64,000 bases of DNA from an uncultured cyanobacterium. GTDB taxonomy: Bacteria > Cyanobacteriota > Cyanobacteriia > Phormidesmidales > Phormidesmidaceae. A model generated the notes under the pieces. It saw only the letters and a list, made by a program, of their open reading frames with translations. It was not told the origin of the DNA and ran no database searches. Shown one piece after another: positions 62,614-64,000 of the stretch. The stretch lies in contig CAWBZI010000002.1 of the NCBI GenBank assembly GCA_963793265.1, positions 576,001-640,000 on the forward strand. The letters run 5' to 3'. How positions within the stretch are numbered: position 1 is the stretch's first letter; the number at the start of each line of letters is the position of its first letter. The translations under genes and the position numbers were made by a program.

Positions 62614-63885
62614 CTAGCGTCGCAATCTGTCTCCTAAGCTGGGTTTCTCTTTCAATCGATTCTGGATGGTTTCTAAACCTTCTTGTGACGAGATGGTGTC
62701 AGGATGGCTAGAACCAAGCCGTTCTATACAAATATTAAGAGCTTTAGACATAGTAGTAGCAGCCTCCGGCAGGCGATTTGTGTTGTAGTACAACCATGCT
62801 AGGTTGTTCAGACTGGTAGCAGTATTGGGATGGCGATCACCTAGTTCGGCTTTACTAATCTCCAACGCTTCGACATACAGCGGTTCGGCTTCGCTATAGC
62901 GACCCTGTGACTCATACAGGACTGCCAAGTTGTTCAGACTGGTAGCAGTAGAGGGATGGCGATCACCCAGTTCGACTTTCTTAATTTCCAGCGCTTCGAC
63001 ATACAGCGGTTCGGCTTCGCCATAGCGGCCTTGAATTTTATAGGCTCGCGCTAGTCGATCCAAGCTATCTGCATACTCTTCGGAATTATCTGAAGACTCC
63101 AGCATTTCAGCAGCCGTCTTCAGATAGGTTGTTGCCTTCTCAATCTCTCCTTTATAGCCTTGCGCTTTCCCCGTTTCCACTCGGCTTACGTAGGCGCTCC
63201 CTGTTTGCAGGTATAAACCAGCTAACAAAGCGCTGTCCGACGACTTTGCTACCGTTTCTTCTATCAAGTCTTCTAAATCATCAATTGGTAATGTGTTCCC
63301 CACATCCTCCAATTGTGAGAACTGCTCATGCTTACGGAGTGAAGCCAGCTCATCTGTCGAAATAGCCTGTCGCTTGGGCGAAACAAAACGCATCACATCT
63401 CGCCGCCAGCTCCAAAAGTCAGGGGCCTTACGGCTGAGCTGTTCCTGAAGCTGGTAAGTCACCCACAGCACAATTGCAAATGGAAAATCTTGTAGCCCTT
63501 CTCGTGTCCACTGCAAATAGCCAAAAAACGCCTCCTGCTGAGACTGCGCTGCCTCAAACCTGAGCGTACGCAAGCCCTCAGCCCCTAAAATGCTCATCAC
63601 CGCCCGTCCGCCCTGCTGTAGGTACGGGTCTTCCTTAACCTGTTGCAGCAGCAACGCCTTTAAGCTCGGCTCGTTTGCATTCAACCTCAGCCGATAGTGC
63701 CGAAACTCAGGGGCTAATTCCTGCTCATAGCGGTTAATAATGTCTTCTTTGAGCTGCGGATCATCACACACCGCAATATAAATGCCCAATCGCCCGCCGC
63801 TAGCCTCTATCGACACCAGCAAATCATCCAGCGCATCCTGGTTTTCCTGAGATAAGTTCTTATCGGTAAGGCCGATCTCAGCCAT
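62614..63885 (-). CDS. Tetratricopeptide repeat protein (42-aa kinesin-light-chain-type repeats)
   Basis: LQWTRE..FPFAIVLW..APDFWSWR N-terminal region; repeats of GRY.EAEPLYVEALEI...ELGDRHP.TATSLNNLA. Confidence 0.88.
   Translation of the reverse strand: MAEIGLTDKNLSQENQDALDDLLVSIEASGGRLGIYIAVCDDPQLKEDIINRYEQELAPEFRHYRLRLNANEPSLKALLLQQVKEDPYLQQGGRAVMSILGAEGLRTLRFEAAQSQQEAFFGYLQWTREGLQDFPFAIVLWVTYQLQEQLSRKAPDFWSWRRDVMRFVSPKRQAISTDELASLRKHEQFSQLEDVGNTLPIDDLEDLIEETVAKSSDSALLAGLYLQTGSAYVSRVETGKAQGYKGEIEKATTYLKTAAEMLESSDNSEEYADSLDRLARAYKIQGRYGEAEPLYVEALEIKKVELGDRHPSTATSLNNLAVLYESQGRYSEAEPLYVEALEISKAELGDRHPNTATSLNNLAWLYYNTNRLPEAATTMSKALNICIERLGSSHPDTISSQEGLETIQNRLKEKPSLGDRLRR
62803..63030. repeat. 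126-bp tandem coding repeat (about 1.8 copies) in the TPR gene
   Basis: GTTGTTCAGACTGGTAGCAGTA at 62803 and 62929; CGCTTCGACATACAGCGGTTCGGCTTCGC at 62866 and 62992. Confidence 0.85.
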
Positions 63886-64000
63886 CGATTATCCCCCGTA
63901 TTCGCAATCGAGAAGCGCACCACAAAATAGTTGCGCTCCTCACACCGACGGCCAAACTCAGCTAAAAGCGTAGACTTACCGCAGCCGCGATGCCCAGCAA
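63807..64000 (-). pseudogene. Truncated P-loop NTPase fragment (5' end outside the window)
   Basis: Minus frame reads AGHRGCGKSTLLAEFGRRCEERNYFVVRFSIA, then runs out of frame into the TPR gene and stops at 63807. Confidence 0.7.

Overview
Core-chromosome window from a cyanobacterium (prk, petH with CpcD domain, ftrC, sufR-sufBCDS, an hpsA-type locus, about 70 HIP1 GCGATCGC octamers counted by eye). Most of it is housekeeping: trmB, tamB, a second GyrA/ParC-type subunit, homoserine dehydrogenase, rpmB, htpG, class II nrdJ, hisA, ilvN, suf operon, ybaK, proS. Accessory parts are an AT-rich, HIP1-poor type IV minor-pilin/HpsA cassette (19.3-27.1 kb), a glycosyltransferase trio, an NfeD-like/two-flotillin operon, PAS signalling genes, tandem Uma2 genes and a TPR gene behind a truncated P-loop ATPase. 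The ORF track misses or splits three things: a full prmC broken by two +1 frameshifts, a 39-aa membrane peptide ORF, and the truncated ATPase at the right edge. The most striking unexplained signal is compositional: base skew repeatedly flips at HIP1 sites (G/T-rich on the 5' side, C/A-rich on the 3' side) whichever strand is coding, which hints at a HIP1-anchored, strand-asymmetric DNA processing or repair process. No rRNA, tRNA, CRISPR array or transposase was recognised. All calls come from reading the sequence; no searches were run.
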